Positions 35,824 through 45,343 of a stretch of DNA of 64,000 nucleotides are shown piece by piece. The DNA comes from Myxococcales bacterium. Its GTDB lineage: Bacteria; Myxococcota; Myxococcia; Myxococcales; JAKAPL01. The notes below the pieces were generated by a model that saw only the letters and a program-made list of their open reading frames with translations, was not told the origin of the DNA and did not search any database. Position 1 is the first letter of the stretch. Every line of letters begins with the position of its first letter. The stretch lies in NCBI GenBank assembly GCA_021807105.1, contig JAKAPL010000003.1, positions 13,017 to 77,016 on the forward strand, read 5' to 3'. The translations under genes and the position numbers were made by a program.

Positions 35824-36030
35824 CTACATCGGCGGCGCGGCGGCTTCGCGCGGCGCCCCGATCCCCGGGCGAAGCTCCCAGCCGGTGCAGCCGTTCGACG
35901 CAAAGACGGTCAGCCGGTACTTCACGTGAACCGGATGGAGGCAGGGCGCCTCCTCCTCCTCCAACGGCGCCGTCGCCGGACTTCCGAAGAACTTGCAGCT
36001 TCCGCAGTGTCCCCACTTCCCGTCGGCCAT
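35824..36030 (-). CDS. small four-Cys protein, function unknown
   Basis: 68 aa. MADGKWGHCGSCKFFGSP...APCLHP...SNGCTGW (a CxxC plus two further Cys). It lies between fdxA and treY on the same strand with GAGG upstream. This is the internal start of ORF 35824..36192. Confidence 0.35.
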   Translation of the reverse strand: MADGKWGHCGSCKFFGSPATAPLEEEEAPCLHPVHVKYRLTVFASNGCTGWELRPGIGAPREAAAPPM

Positions 36031-36086
36031 GGGTCGCCTCGCTTTCCGGCGAAACGGTGGAGACGCCCCGTGGCCGAGGCAAGTCC

Positions 36087-36425
36087 TTATGCGGCGAACG
36101 GGTCGAGCTTCAACATCTCGCGCTTCGGCAGGGTCTCCTTGAGCGACTCTGCCTCGGGCAGCGATTCCTTCTTCTCGTTGATGTTCGGCCACTCAGTGGC
36201 GAGCTTCGCGTTCAGCTCGACGTACTCCTTCCACTTCTCGGGCAGGTCGCTCTCGGCGAAGATGGCCTTCGTGGGGCAGACCGGCTCGCAAGCGCCGCAA
36301 TCGATGCACTCGTCGGGGTGAATGACCAGGAAGTTCACTCCCTCGTAGAAGCAATCGACTGGACATACCTCGACGCAGTCGGTGTACTTGCAGGCGACGC
36401 AGGGCTCGGCAACGATATAAGCCAC
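36087..36425 (-). CDS. fdxA: 7Fe ferredoxin (3Fe-4S + 4Fe-4S)
   Basis: GTG start with [46 protein letters not shown]...[16 protein letters not shown]. Confidence 0.85.
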   Translation of the reverse strand: MAYIVAEPCVACKYTDCVEVCPVDCFYEGVNFLVIHPDECIDCGACEPVCPTKAIFAESDLPEKWKEYVELNAKLATEWPNINEKKESLPEAESLKETLPKREMLKLDPFAA

Positions 36426-36506
36426 GTTCTTTTTCCTCCTACGCGACCGGGAGACCACCGGCCGCCGATGGGTGGGGCCCCTATAGCATGAATTCGTCCG
36501 CGTGTT

Positions 36507-36962
36507 CTACTGGCTCGCGGCGGCCAGTTTCCGCTGCTCGACCATGAGGCAGCGGCCCTGGACGACCTGGATGCCCGCGCGGGCGAAGGTCTCCGCCGCC
36601 TCGTCGTTGAAGATGAGCGTCTGGAACCAGACCGCCCGCGGATGGGCCTTCAGGATGTCGGGGACGTGCGCGGGGATGTCCTCGGACTTGCGGAACACGT
36701 CCACCACGTCGATGGGGCCAGGGACGTCCGCCACCGTCCGATAGACGGGCTGGCCGAGGATCGTCGGCTGGCCGGGGTCCTGGACGGCAACCGGGAGGAT
36801 GGTGAACCCCACGCTCGCGAGGTAGGCGGGCACGTAGTAGGCCGCGCGCTCCGCGTACCGCTCGGGGCGGATGCCCAGCACGGCCACCCGCCGGAAGGAA
36901 CGAACGAGCTCGGCGATACGCCCGGGGTCCACGATCAGATTCTGGCGCCACTCGTCGTTCAT
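36507..36962 (-). CDS. CoA-binding domain protein (YccU/YneT-like)
   Basis: 151 aa. RVAVLGIRPERYAERAAYYVPAYLASVGFTILPV...IDVVDVFRKSEDIPAHV...AVWFQ. Confidence 0.75.
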   Translation of the reverse strand: MNDEWRQNLIVDPGRIAELVRSFRRVAVLGIRPERYAERAAYYVPAYLASVGFTILPVAVQDPGQPTILGQPVYRTVADVPGPIDVVDVFRKSEDIPAHVPDILKAHPRAVWFQTLIFNDEAAETFARAGIQVVQGRCLMVEQRKLAAASQ

Positions 36963-37041
36963 AGCCGGTTAGAGCCCCCCGTCCGTCCCGCCGGTTCTTT
37001 CCCGTTGACGCGCTCGCCGGGGGGGCGTAGACCGCGCGCCC

Positions 37042-39324
37042 ATGGCCACCTCATTCGGCAAATGGAAGATACGCAAGGAAGACGCGCTCGACTACCACTC
37101 GCGGGGCCGGCGCGGCAAGATCGAGGTCGTCCCGACCAAGCCCTGCGCTACCGCGCGCGACCTCTCGCTCGCCTACACCCCAGGGGTCGCGGAGCCGTGC
37201 CTGGAGATCGCGAAGGACCCCGACCTCTCGTACAAGTACACCGCCCGCGGCAACCTGGTCGCGGTCATCTCGAACGGCACCGCGGTCCTCGGCCTCGGTG
37301 ACATCGGCCCGTTCGCGGGCAAGCCGGTGATGGAAGGAAAGGGGGTGCTCTTCAAGAAGTTCGCGGACATCGATGTCTTCGATATCGAGCTCTCCGCGCT
37401 CGACGTCGACGCTTTCTGCAAGACGGTAGAGGCGCTCGAGCCGACCTTCGGCGGCATCAACCTGGAGGACGTGAAGGCGCCGGAGTGCTTCGCCATCGAG
37501 GAGCGGCTGAAGCAATCGATGAAGATCCCGGTCTTCCACGACGATCAGCATGGCACGGCGATCATCAGCGGCGCGGCCCTGCTCAACGCGGTGGAGCTCG
37601 CGGGGAAGAAGCTCGACCGCATCCGGGTGGTCACGAGCGGCGCGGGGGCCTCGGCCATCGCGTGCACCTCCTTCTACCTGACCCTCGGAGTACGGCCGGA
37701 GAACGTCCTGATGGTCGACACGAAGGGCGTGATCTACGAGGGCCGGCGCGAGGGGATGAACCCGTACAAGCAGCGCTTCGCCCGGCCGACCAAGGCCCGA
37801 ACGCTCGCCCAGGCGGTCGAGGGCGCGGACGTGCTGCTCGGCTGCTCGGTCAAGGGGCTCATCACCCAGGACATGATCCGCTCGATGGCCCGCAACCCGA
37901 TCGTCTTCGCGCTGGCGAACCCCGACCCGGAGATCTCGTACGAGGAGGCTGTGGCCGCGCGCGACGACGTGATCATGGCGACCGGCCGTAGCGACAACCC
38001 GAACCAGGTGAACAACGTCCTCGGCTTCCCATTCATCTTCCGCGGCGCCCTCGATGTACGAGCGCGCGCGATCACGGAGGGGATGAAGCTCGCCGCCTCC
38101 CGCGCGCTCGCCGCCCTCGCGCACGAGGAGGTCCCCGATTCGGTCTCTCGCGCGTACGGCGGCAAACGGTTCTCGTTCGGCCGCGACTACGTGATTCCGA
38201 AGGCCTTCGACCCGCGCGTGCTCCTCTGGGTCGCCCCGGCGGTCGCCAAGGCGGCGATGGACGAAGGCGTCGCCCGCCAGACTCTCGACGTCGTGCAGTA
38301 CCGCGAAGCGCTGCAGAAGCGGGTCTCGCGCAGCTACGAGGTGATGCGGGTCGCGGCCGGCAAGGCGCGCAAGAGCATCAAGCGCATCGTGTTCCCCGAG
38401 GGCAACCACCCGCGCATCCTCCAGGCGGCGCGGGAGCTGGTCGAGGACGGCCTCTGCGCGCCGGTCTTGCTCGGCGACGCGGAGGCGATCCGGAAGACGA
38501 TCGAGGAGAACAAGATCGACTCCCTCTCGCAGGTCGAGATCCTCGATCCCCCGCGCGACCCGCGCTTCTCCGAGTACGTGGACACCTACTACAGGCTGCG
38601 CGGGCGTCACGGCGTCTCGCAGCGCGAGGCGCGCAAGGCGGTCCGCACCCGCAACGTGTTCGCCGCCCTCATGGTGCGGGCCGGCCACGCGGACGGCATG
38701 GTGACCGGACTCACGATGAGCTACCCGGAGGCGATCCACGCGCCGCTCCAGATCATCCGGGCGAGGCCCGGCGAGCGGGCGGGCGGCCTCTACCTGCTCG
38801 TCTTCAAGCAGGGTTTCAAGCTGCTCGCGGACTGCACGGTCAACGTCGACCCGACGGCGGAGGAGCTCGCGGAGATTGCCGGCCGGACGGCGGATGTGGC
38901 GCGCTACTTCGACCAGGTGCCCAGGGTCGCCATGCTGTCCCACTCGAACTTCGGCAGCTCGCGGGCGGCGAGCGCGGAGAAGGTCCGCCGGGCGGTCGAG
39001 ATCCTCAAGAGTCGGCGGCCGGACCTCGCGGTCGACGGCGAGATGCAGGTCGACCCGGCGGTGGTGCCGGAGATCCTGGCGGAGGACTTCCCGTTCTCGA
39101 CGCTCGGCGGCGAGGCGAACGTCCTCGTCTTCCCGAACCTCGACGCGGCGAACATCGCCTACAAGCTCCTCTGGCGGCTCGGCGGCGCCGAGGTCATCGG
39201 CCCGATCCTCATCGGCATGCAGAAGCCGGTGAATGTGCTCCAGGCCGGCGCCTCGGTCCGTGACGTGGTGAACCTGGCGACGATCACCGCACTGCGCGCG
39301 CAAGGAGAGGAGTTCGCGTTCTAG
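37042..39324 (+). CDS. maeB: NADP-dependent malic enzyme with C-terminal phosphotransacetylase-like domain
   Basis: 760 aa. [33 protein letters not shown], and a PTA-like C-terminal half. The TAG stop is the CTAG end of mini-element A3. Confidence 0.9.
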   Translation: MATSFGKWKIRKEDALDYHSRGRRGKIEVVPTKPCATARDLSLAYTPGVAEPCLEIAKDPDLSYKYTARGNLVAVISNGTAVLGLGDIGPFAGKPVMEGKGVLFKKFADIDVFDIELSALDVDAFCKTVEALEPTFGGINLEDVKAPECFAIEERLKQSMKIPVFHDDQHGTAIISGAALLNAVELAGKKLDRIRVVTSGAGASAIACTSFYLTLGVRPENVLMVDTKGVIYEGRREGMNPYKQRFARPTKARTLAQAVEGADVLLGCSVKGLITQDMIRSMARNPIVFALANPDPEISYEEAVAARDDVIMATGRSDNPNQVNNVLGFPFIFRGALDVRARAITEGMKLAASRALAALAHEEVPDSVSRAYGGKRFSFGRDYVIPKAFDPRVLLWVAPAVAKAAMDEGVARQTLDVVQYREALQKRVSRSYEVMRVAAGKARKSIKRIVFPEGNHPRILQAARELVEDGLCAPVLLGDAEAIRKTIEENKIDSLSQVEILDPPRDPRFSEYVDTYYRLRGRHGVSQREARKAVRTRNVFAALMVRAGHADGMVTGLTMSYPEAIHAPLQIIRARPGERAGGLYLLVFKQGFKLLADCTVNVDPTAEELAEIAGRTADVARYFDQVPRVAMLSHSNFGSSRAASAEKVRRAVEILKSRRPDLAVDGEMQVDPAVVPEILAEDFPFSTLGGEANVLVFPNLDAANIAYKLLWRLGGAEVIGPILIGMQKPVNVLQAGASVRDVVNLATITALRAQGEEFAF

Positions 39325-39391
39325 GAGGCTGGTGGGAAACGGCTGCCTGCTGCGAAAGCCGAACCCTTCGCTGCGACGGGCGGCCTCCTAG
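39321..39391. mobile_element. CTAG-flanked mini-element family A copy 3 (71 bp, right end degenerate)
   Basis: CTAG|GAGGCTGGTGGGAAAC...GGCGGCCTC|CTAG. The first 18 nt are identical to copy 1 (CTAGGAGGCTGGTGGGAA). Confidence 0.45.
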
Positions 39392-39443
39392 TTCGCCGCC
39401 CGTGAGGTCATGGAGCGCCGCGCGCGCGCCGCTCTCCTTCCGG

Positions 39444-40079
39444 TCACGCCGGCGGCGGGGCGGCGGCCCGCTGCCTCACATGGCGCCAGATCCAGAACGC
39501 CGCCGAGGCCGCCGCCCCGGCGGCGATGACGCCGTCCGAAGCACGGAAGAAGGGGCGGATGGCGTCCCAGTGTTCCCCGAGCTTCATCCCCACCCAGGCG
39601 AGGCCGAGGCACCAGGGGAGCGAGCCGGCGAAGGTGTAGGCGATGAACTTCCCCATCTCCATCCTGGCGACGCCGGCCGGGAAGGCGATGAACGTCCGGA
39701 CGACCGGCAACAGGCGCGCGATGAAGACGATCCGGTCGCCGTGGGAGGAGAAGAGCCGGTCGGCGAGGTCGAGGTCGTGGCGCGAGATCAGGACGAATCG
39801 GCCCCAGCGCTCGATGGCCGGCCTGCCGCCGAAGCGGCCGAGGTAATAGGCGGGGACGCTGCCGAGCACGCAGCCGATCGCGCCGGCGAGTCCGACCTGC
39901 CAGAAGCCGAGGCTGCCAAGCGCGATGAGCGACCCCGCGAAAGGCATGATGACCTCGGAAGGGAGGGGGATGCAGGCGCTCTCGACGGCCATCAATCCGA
40001 CGACGGCGAAGTAGCCGCCGGAGGCGATGACGGTCTGGATCCAGCTGCCGAGCGCTTCGAGCAAGACGTGCAAGTGCAA
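39444..40079 (-). CDS. DedA-family membrane protein
   Basis: 211 aa. ...IPLPSEVIMPFAG... and IFIARLLPVVRTFIAFPAGVARM. Confidence 0.8.
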   Translation of the reverse strand: MHLHVLLEALGSWIQTVIASGGYFAVVGLMAVESACIPLPSEVIMPFAGSLIALGSLGFWQVGLAGAIGCVLGSVPAYYLGRFGGRPAIERWGRFVLISRHDLDLADRLFSSHGDRIVFIARLLPVVRTFIAFPAGVARMEMGKFIAYTFAGSLPWCLGLAWVGMKLGEHWDAIRPFFRASDGVIAAGAAASAAFWIWRHVRQRAAAPPPA

Positions 40080-40175
40080 GGGATCTCCGCCTGGAAGGGG
40101 TCAGCTTCGCCGGGGCCCCGGCCCGGGAGGGAGGTTCTGCGCGACGCCGCCGGGGGCCATCATGGGCGGCGCAGT

Positions 40176-40622
40176 CTACGGCGCCTGGGTCGCGATGGCC
40201 AGCCGATCCAGGCCCGCGGCGCGGGCGGCTTCCATGACCTCGACCACCTTGCCGTGGGCGACCCCCGCGTCGGCCTGGACGATGACCGTCGTGTCGGCGT
40301 CGTGCGCGCGGGCGGCGACCAGCCGCTCCTTCAGCTCCTCCGGCGTGACGACCGTGCCGCCGACGACGGTCCGCCCGTCGGCGAGGATGGCGATCGCGAG
40401 GCTCGACGGCGCCGTGGTCCGCACATCGTTCTTCGATCCTTTGGGCAGGGTCACGTGAACGCCGGTCTGCCCGCCGGTGCCCGCCTGGACGATCACCGAG
40501 GAGGTCACCATGAAGATGATCAGCAGCACGAGGAAGATATCGGTCAGCGGGGTGATGTTGATCTCGGCGAAGACCCCTTCGCCGCCCGACGCGTCTTCCT
40601 CGGGGAGCTTGCCAATCGCCAA
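40176..40622 (-). CDS. exbD: ExbD/TolR biopolymer transport protein
   Basis: 148 aa. EINITPLTDIFLVLLIIFMVTS followed by a periplasmic domain. Confidence 0.85.
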   Translation of the reverse strand: MAIGKLPEEDASGGEGVFAEINITPLTDIFLVLLIIFMVTSSVIVQAGTGGQTGVHVTLPKGSKNDVRTTAPSSLAIAILADGRTVVGGTVVTPEELKERLVAARAHDADTTVIVQADAGVAHGKVVEVMEAARAAGLDRLAIATQAP

Positions 40623-40628
40623 GGGGCG

Positions 40629-41324
40629 TCACTCCTTCTCGGCGGCCGGCGCGGCGGCGAGGGCGGGCGCGGGGACCGGCGCCGCGGCGGGAACGGCGGC
40701 GAACTGCCGCTCGGCGAGGACCTCGAGGAACTCGTCCGAGACGAGCTTCAGCTCGACGAGCATCCGCTGCACGCGGGACTGGAAGTAATTGTAGAGGACC
40801 ACCGCGAGGACCGCGGCGACGATGCCGCCCGCCGTCGTGACGAGCGCCTCGCTGATCCCCTCGGCGACCACGGCGAAGCCGCCCTGACCAGTCGAGTAGA
40901 TTTGGTGGAAGGCGCGCATGATGCCGACGATCGTCCCGAAGAGGCCGACGAAGGGGGCGACCGCTCCGACCGTGCCGAGCATCCAGAGGTGGGAGCGAAG
41001 CCGCAATCCGACCGCCTGTCGCTCCCGTTCGACGGCGGCCGCGACATGGTCGAACGGCGCCCGGCCCAGGCGCGCGAAGCCGGCGAGGAAGATGTCCGCA
41101 GCCGCCGTCCGCGACCGCTCGCAGGCCGCGCGCCCCTCGACGACCTCGCCCCGAAAGAGGTGGCGGGCGACCGTATCGCCCAGGTCACGCGCCGCGGCGA
41201 GGACGCCCCAGAGTGCGAGCGTCCGCTCGACCGACACCACGAGGGCGACGAAGCCGCAGCCGAGGATGACGGCCATGGCGAGGCCGCCGGAGCGAACGAG
41301 GTTCAGGAGGTCTTGGGAGGGCAT
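40629..41324 (-). CDS. exbB: MotA/TolQ/ExbB proton-channel protein
   Basis: Start at MPSQDLLNLV. LGTVGAVAPFVGLFGTIVGIMRAF is the signature helix. Confidence 0.8.
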   Translation of the reverse strand: MPSQDLLNLVRSGGLAMAVILGCGFVALVVSVERTLALWGVLAAARDLGDTVARHLFRGEVVEGRAACERSRTAAADIFLAGFARLGRAPFDHVAAAVERERQAVGLRLRSHLWMLGTVGAVAPFVGLFGTIVGIMRAFHQIYSTGQGGFAVVAEGISEALVTTAGGIVAAVLAVVLYNYFQSRVQRMLVELKLVSDEFLEVLAERQFAAVPAAAPVPAPALAAAPAAEKE

Positions 41325-41359
41325 GGAGCTGTCGTCGAGGGCAATAACCGTACTGGACG

Positions 41360-42352
41360 TTGCGGTCAATCCCTGGGGCAAGGTATGGACGCAGGCCGCC
41401 TGCCGGCAGCCAAGGCTCCAGGGGTCCCATGCCCGCTCCCGAAACCCGAGGTGAACGCGCGACAACCGTAGGCGTCTTCTCGGGAGCGGTCGATCCGAGG
41501 GAGGCAGGGAGGCGGGAAAGGGGCGGATTGCCTTCCCGCCCGCCCACCTCCCCCGGCGCCTGGCCGCGTGCGTGCAGATCGCTGCCGGCCCGACGCCTGC
41601 TCGTGTCCTTGTTCGCCCTCTCCGCCTGCCACCACCTCCGGCCGCTCCGCTTCGGCCCCGGCGGCGAGATCCGCGACCCCCATGTCTTGCTGCGCGCCCT
41701 CGACGAGCGGAGCGCCAGGCTCACCTCGATCGAGGCGCACGGCCGGATCGAGATCCACGGTCCGCGAGGGAACGGGTCCACGGGGATCGAGATCGCCGCG
41801 CGGCGTCCCTCGTCCCTGCGCATCGAGATCGACTCGTTCTTCGGAAGCCCCGTCGGGCTGCTCGCCACGGATGGCCGGGACGTGGCGTTCCTGGACGAGG
41901 AGAGGGGAGTCTTCGCCGCAGGGCCCGCGACCCCAGAAGCCATGGCCCGGATCCTGCCCGTCGCCTGGCCGCCCGCCCGGGCCGTCGACCTCCTGCTCGC
42001 CGATCCGCCACGCCTCTCCGGATCGATGACCCTGCGCGTCGATCCCGGGCGGGCGGCTTACGAGCTCGCGATCTCCGCGGGCGGTGTCCGCCAGTTGCTC
42101 GACCTCGACACCGAGTCGCTCGCCCTCGTCCACGCGAGCCTGTCCGGCGAGGAGGGATACGAGGCCGACTTCCACGATCTCGCGAGCATCGGGGGGGTCG
42201 ACTTCCCGCGTGAGATCGCTGTGCGCGTCCCGGCGGCGGCGACGATCCTCCGGCTGCGCTGGCGTGAGGTGAAGCTCGACGTGGCCTTCTCGCCCGCGCT
42301 CTTTCGGCTGTCGCCCCCTCCAGGGCTGCGGGTCACGCCGATGGTCCCGTGA
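41360..42352 (+). CDS. LolB/DUF4292-like outer-membrane lipoprotein (start uncertain)
   Basis: Lipobox LFALSAC at codon ~88 of the ORF. The true start is probably internal but no canonical start codon is obvious. The body LTSIEAHGRIEIHGPRGNGSTGIEIAARRPSSLRIEIDSFFGSPVGLLATDGRDVAFLD fits the LolB-like pattern. Confidence 0.5.
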   Translation: MRSIPGARYGRRPPAGSQGSRGPMPAPETRGERATTVGVFSGAVDPREAGRRERGGLPSRPPTSPGAWPRACRSLPARRLLVSLFALSACHHLRPLRFGPGGEIRDPHVLLRALDERSARLTSIEAHGRIEIHGPRGNGSTGIEIAARRPSSLRIEIDSFFGSPVGLLATDGRDVAFLDEERGVFAAGPATPEAMARILPVAWPPARAVDLLLADPPRLSGSMTLRVDPGRAAYELAISAGGVRQLLDLDTESLALVHASLSGEEGYEADFHDLASIGGVDFPREIAVRVPAAATILRLRWREVKLDVAFSPALFRLSPPPGLRVTPMVP

Positions 42353-42445
42353 GGGCGCAGGGCTTGCCTCGCGTCCCGCTCCTTGACCCGCTCGCTCGCC
42401 ATGGGCTAGATCGAGTGGTTACCGACGAATGAAGGAGGGGTACCC

Positions 42446-44935
42446 GTGCGTAAACTCTGCTTCCTCGTAGCAACGGCGATCGCGGCTGCCGGTCCGGCGT
42501 GCACCTGCTCTCCCCCCTCGCCGAATCTCCAGAACTGCAACGGGGCCATGGTCGATATCCTGACCAGTCTCACCGATTGCGGGAGCTGCGGCAACGCCTG
42601 CCTCTCCGTCCAGACGTGCCAGAACGGGACGTGTGTCCTGACGAGCGGGGCGGGCCCCGACGCCGGCCCGGCGACGGTCTGCCAGGCGTGCACGACCGGC
42701 GCCGACTGCGGCGGGGGAAACAACCTCTGCCTGACCGACGAGAACGGCTACGCCGGCTGCGGCCTCGACTGCGGCAGCGGCGAGCCCTGCCCGGCCGGCA
42801 CGACCTGCCAGACGGTCCACGAAGCGAACGGCAGCGCGGTGAAGAACTGCTTCCCGGCGTCGGGCGTCTGCAACGCCGGCGCCCAGTGTAAAGACGCCTG
42901 CACGTCCGGCGCGACGCAATGCTCTCCCGACGGGAGCGGCGTCGAGACCTGCGACCTCCAGGCGAACGGCTGCTACGGGTGGACTCCCTCCGCGGCCTGC
43001 GCGGTCGGCCAGTCGTGCAGCAACGGGCAATGTGGGAACGGGTGCACCGATGGATGCCTCACGTCGGGGGCGACCCGCTGCACGGCGGACTATTCGGGCG
43101 TCGAAACGTGTCAGACGCAAGCGAACGGCTGCCTTGGATGGAGCGCGGGCGTGGCCTGCGGCGCGGGCGAGACGTGCAGCGGCGGCTTTTGCTCGACCTC
43201 GTGCCCCTACGCCTGCATCCAGAACACCACGCAGTGCGCGGCGGACGGGAGCGGGGTCCAGACCTGCGTCGAACAGGCAAACGGCTGTTATGAGTGGAGC
43301 AGCGGCGTGGCCTGCGCGGCCGGCCAGTCGTGCAGCGGGGGGCAGTGCGTGACCGGCTGCACCAACGCCTGCACGGCGGCCACCACCCAGTGCGCGGCGG
43401 ACGGGAGCGGCGTCCAGACCTGCGGCCTCCAGGCGAGCGGCTGCTACGGGTGGAGCAGCGGCGTGGCCTGCGCGGCCGGCCAGTCGTGCAGCGGGGGGAA
43501 GTGCGTCGCCGGGTCCTCCGTTCCGAACGCGCCAGCCAGCGTCACCGCCGTCGCCGGCAACCAGCAGGCGACGGTAAGCTGGGCGGCGCCGAGCAAGGAC
43601 GGGGGCAGCGCGATCACGAGCTACACGGTGACCTCTTACCCCGGCGCGAAAACGGTGACCGTGAGCGCGCCCACCCTGTCCGCCACGGTCACCGGCCTCG
43701 TGAACGGCACCGCGTACCACTTCACGGTCTACGCGACCAACGCGAACGGCAACGGCCCTCCGGCATCTTCGAACACCGTCACGCCGACCTCCGCGTGCGC
43801 GGCGTCGGCCCCCGTGCTGACGGGCGGGCCTGGGCCGAGCTTCACTGCGAAGCTCTCCTGGACCGCCGATCCGTCCTGCACGACGTTCAACGTCTACTGG
43901 ACCACGACTCCCCCCGTCACGACCGGCAGCACCGCCGTCACCGGCGCGGCGAGCCCGTACACCCAGGTCTCGCTGACCCCGGACACGACCTATTCGTTCG
44001 CCGTCGCGGCGGTCGAGGGAGGAACACCGGACCAGCTTTCGAACGCGGTGACCTTCAAGACCCCGATCTCGTGCAGCCCGAGCGGCTGGTGCGTCTACGA
44101 CGCCGGGCTGCCGGGAGGCGCCTTCCCCCCGTCGGTCGGGGGGATCTGGGGTGACGCGGCGACCGACGTCTACTTCGGGAGCGGCGGCAACTTCTCCGGA
44201 GAGCTCGTGAACTGGAACGGTGACGCCTTCTCCGACGCGAACGACGCCGCAGCCGGGGCCATCTGGGGAACCGGGAGCGACATCTGGGCGCTCTGGGAAA
44301 CTACCGTCTATTCGCGAAGCGGGGGCGCCTGGTCCTCGCAGACACTGGGCAGCCAGTCGCTCAACGCCGTCTGGGGGAGCGGCAGCGACAACGTCTGGGT
44401 CGTGGGAAGCTCCGGTGTCGCCTACTACTGGGACGGCGCCGCCTGGAACTCCAGCGCGACCGGCTCGACGAGCGACTTCTTCGGCGTCTGGGGGACCGAC
44501 GCCACGGACCTCTGGGCGGTCGGCGGCGCCGCCGGACAATATGGACAGGGCGATGTCGCCGGCACGATCCTCTTTTACAACGGCACCGTCTGGACCGCGC
44601 AGGCGAGTGGAACGACGGAGATCCTGCGAGGCGTCTGGGGCGACGGCTCCGGGGACATCTGGGCGGTCGGTGACGCCGGGACGATTCTCCGGTGGACCAG
44701 CGGCTGGACCAGCGTTCCCGACAGCCTGACGACCGGAAATCTGTACGCGGTCTGGGGCACGAGCGCGGCCAACGTCTATGCCGTGGGCGATGGGGGAGCG
44801 ATCCTTCACTTCAACGGCAGCGGATGGGCCAAGGAGAACAGCGGCACCAGCGCCGGCCTGGGCGCCATCTGGGGGAGCGGTCCGGACGACATCTGGGTCG
44901 GCGGCAGCGGGACGATCTTGCGTTACCTGAAGTAG
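42446..44935 (+). CDS. giant lipoprotein: Cys-rich 52-aa repeats x4, two FN3 domains, seven-bladed Trp-rich propeller
   Basis: 829 aa. Lipobox AAAGPAC. Four repeats of the C..C...T.C..DGSGV.TC..QANGCY.WS.GVAC.AGQSCS.G.C type, FN3 (VTAVAGNQQATVSWAAPSKDGGSAITSYTV), and seven VWG(S/T)G..D(I/V)WAVG...G.IL..dG..W blades. Confidence 0.8.
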   Translation: MRKLCFLVATAIAAAGPACTCSPPSPNLQNCNGAMVDILTSLTDCGSCGNACLSVQTCQNGTCVLTSGAGPDAGPATVCQACTTGADCGGGNNLCLTDENGYAGCGLDCGSGEPCPAGTTCQTVHEANGSAVKNCFPASGVCNAGAQCKDACTSGATQCSPDGSGVETCDLQANGCYGWTPSAACAVGQSCSNGQCGNGCTDGCLTSGATRCTADYSGVETCQTQANGCLGWSAGVACGAGETCSGGFCSTSCPYACIQNTTQCAADGSGVQTCVEQANGCYEWSSGVACAAGQSCSGGQCVTGCTNACTAATTQCAADGSGVQTCGLQASGCYGWSSGVACAAGQSCSGGKCVAGSSVPNAPASVTAVAGNQQATVSWAAPSKDGGSAITSYTVTSYPGAKTVTVSAPTLSATVTGLVNGTAYHFTVYATNANGNGPPASSNTVTPTSACAASAPVLTGGPGPSFTAKLSWTADPSCTTFNVYWTTTPPVTTGSTAVTGAASPYTQVSLTPDTTYSFAVAAVEGGTPDQLSNAVTFKTPISCSPSGWCVYDAGLPGGAFPPSVGGIWGDAATDVYFGSGGNFSGELVNWNGDAFSDANDAAAGAIWGTGSDIWALWETTVYSRSGGAWSSQTLGSQSLNAVWGSGSDNVWVVGSSGVAYYWDGAAWNSSATGSTSDFFGVWGTDATDLWAVGGAAGQYGQGDVAGTILFYNGTVWTAQASGTTEILRGVWGDGSGDIWAVGDAGTILRWTSGWTSVPDSLTTGNLYAVWGTSAANVYAVGDGGAILHFNGSGWAKENSGTSAGLGAIWGSGPDDIWVGGSGTILRYLK

Positions 44936-45111
44936 AGACCGAGCGGGCAAGGCCGCCCACATGGACACCGGAGGGCGGCACGGAGATGGGGTTCTGCTGC
45001 ACGAAGATCCAGGGAGGCTCCGGCGAAGGCGAGGGGCCGTGGTGGAACTGCGCCTTCAGGGGATACGCGCCCGTATCGGGTCGAACCTATTGCAATGACG
45101 CAAACTTCTTT

Positions 45112-45161
45112 TTGTCGGGCGTGTCCGACTCCTTGTCGGGCACGCTCCTCCCCTTGTCGGG
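45112..45161 (+). promoter_or_regulatory. three direct TTGTCGGG repeats at exact 21-bp spacing
   Basis: TTGTCGGG occurs at 45112, 45133 and 45154, in the intergenic region upstream of lipoprotein gene 45344. It is followed by three CGCGATCTC repeats (45232-45270) and a TTGACT hexamer (45275). Confidence 0.4.
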
Positions 45162-45343
45162 TGCCCCCCAAAAAACGCGGGCGCGGTCCCGTGGACCACG
45201 CCCGCGGCTCAATGCGGATCGCCCCAGCGAACGCGATCTCGCACCCTGTCGCGATCTCTCGCGATCTCGCGCCCTTGACTCAGCGAAAGGAATGCGTCAA
45301 GAAAGTCCAAGGCCGCGGGGTGCGGTCGGGAGGAGACAATACC

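Noticed and set aside
39388-40632. 414-aa minus-strand ORF spanning the DedA and ExbD genes
   Set aside because: It is out of frame with two genes that have clear family signatures and is Arg/Pro/Gly-rich. Its stop codon is simply the CTAG end of mini-element A3.
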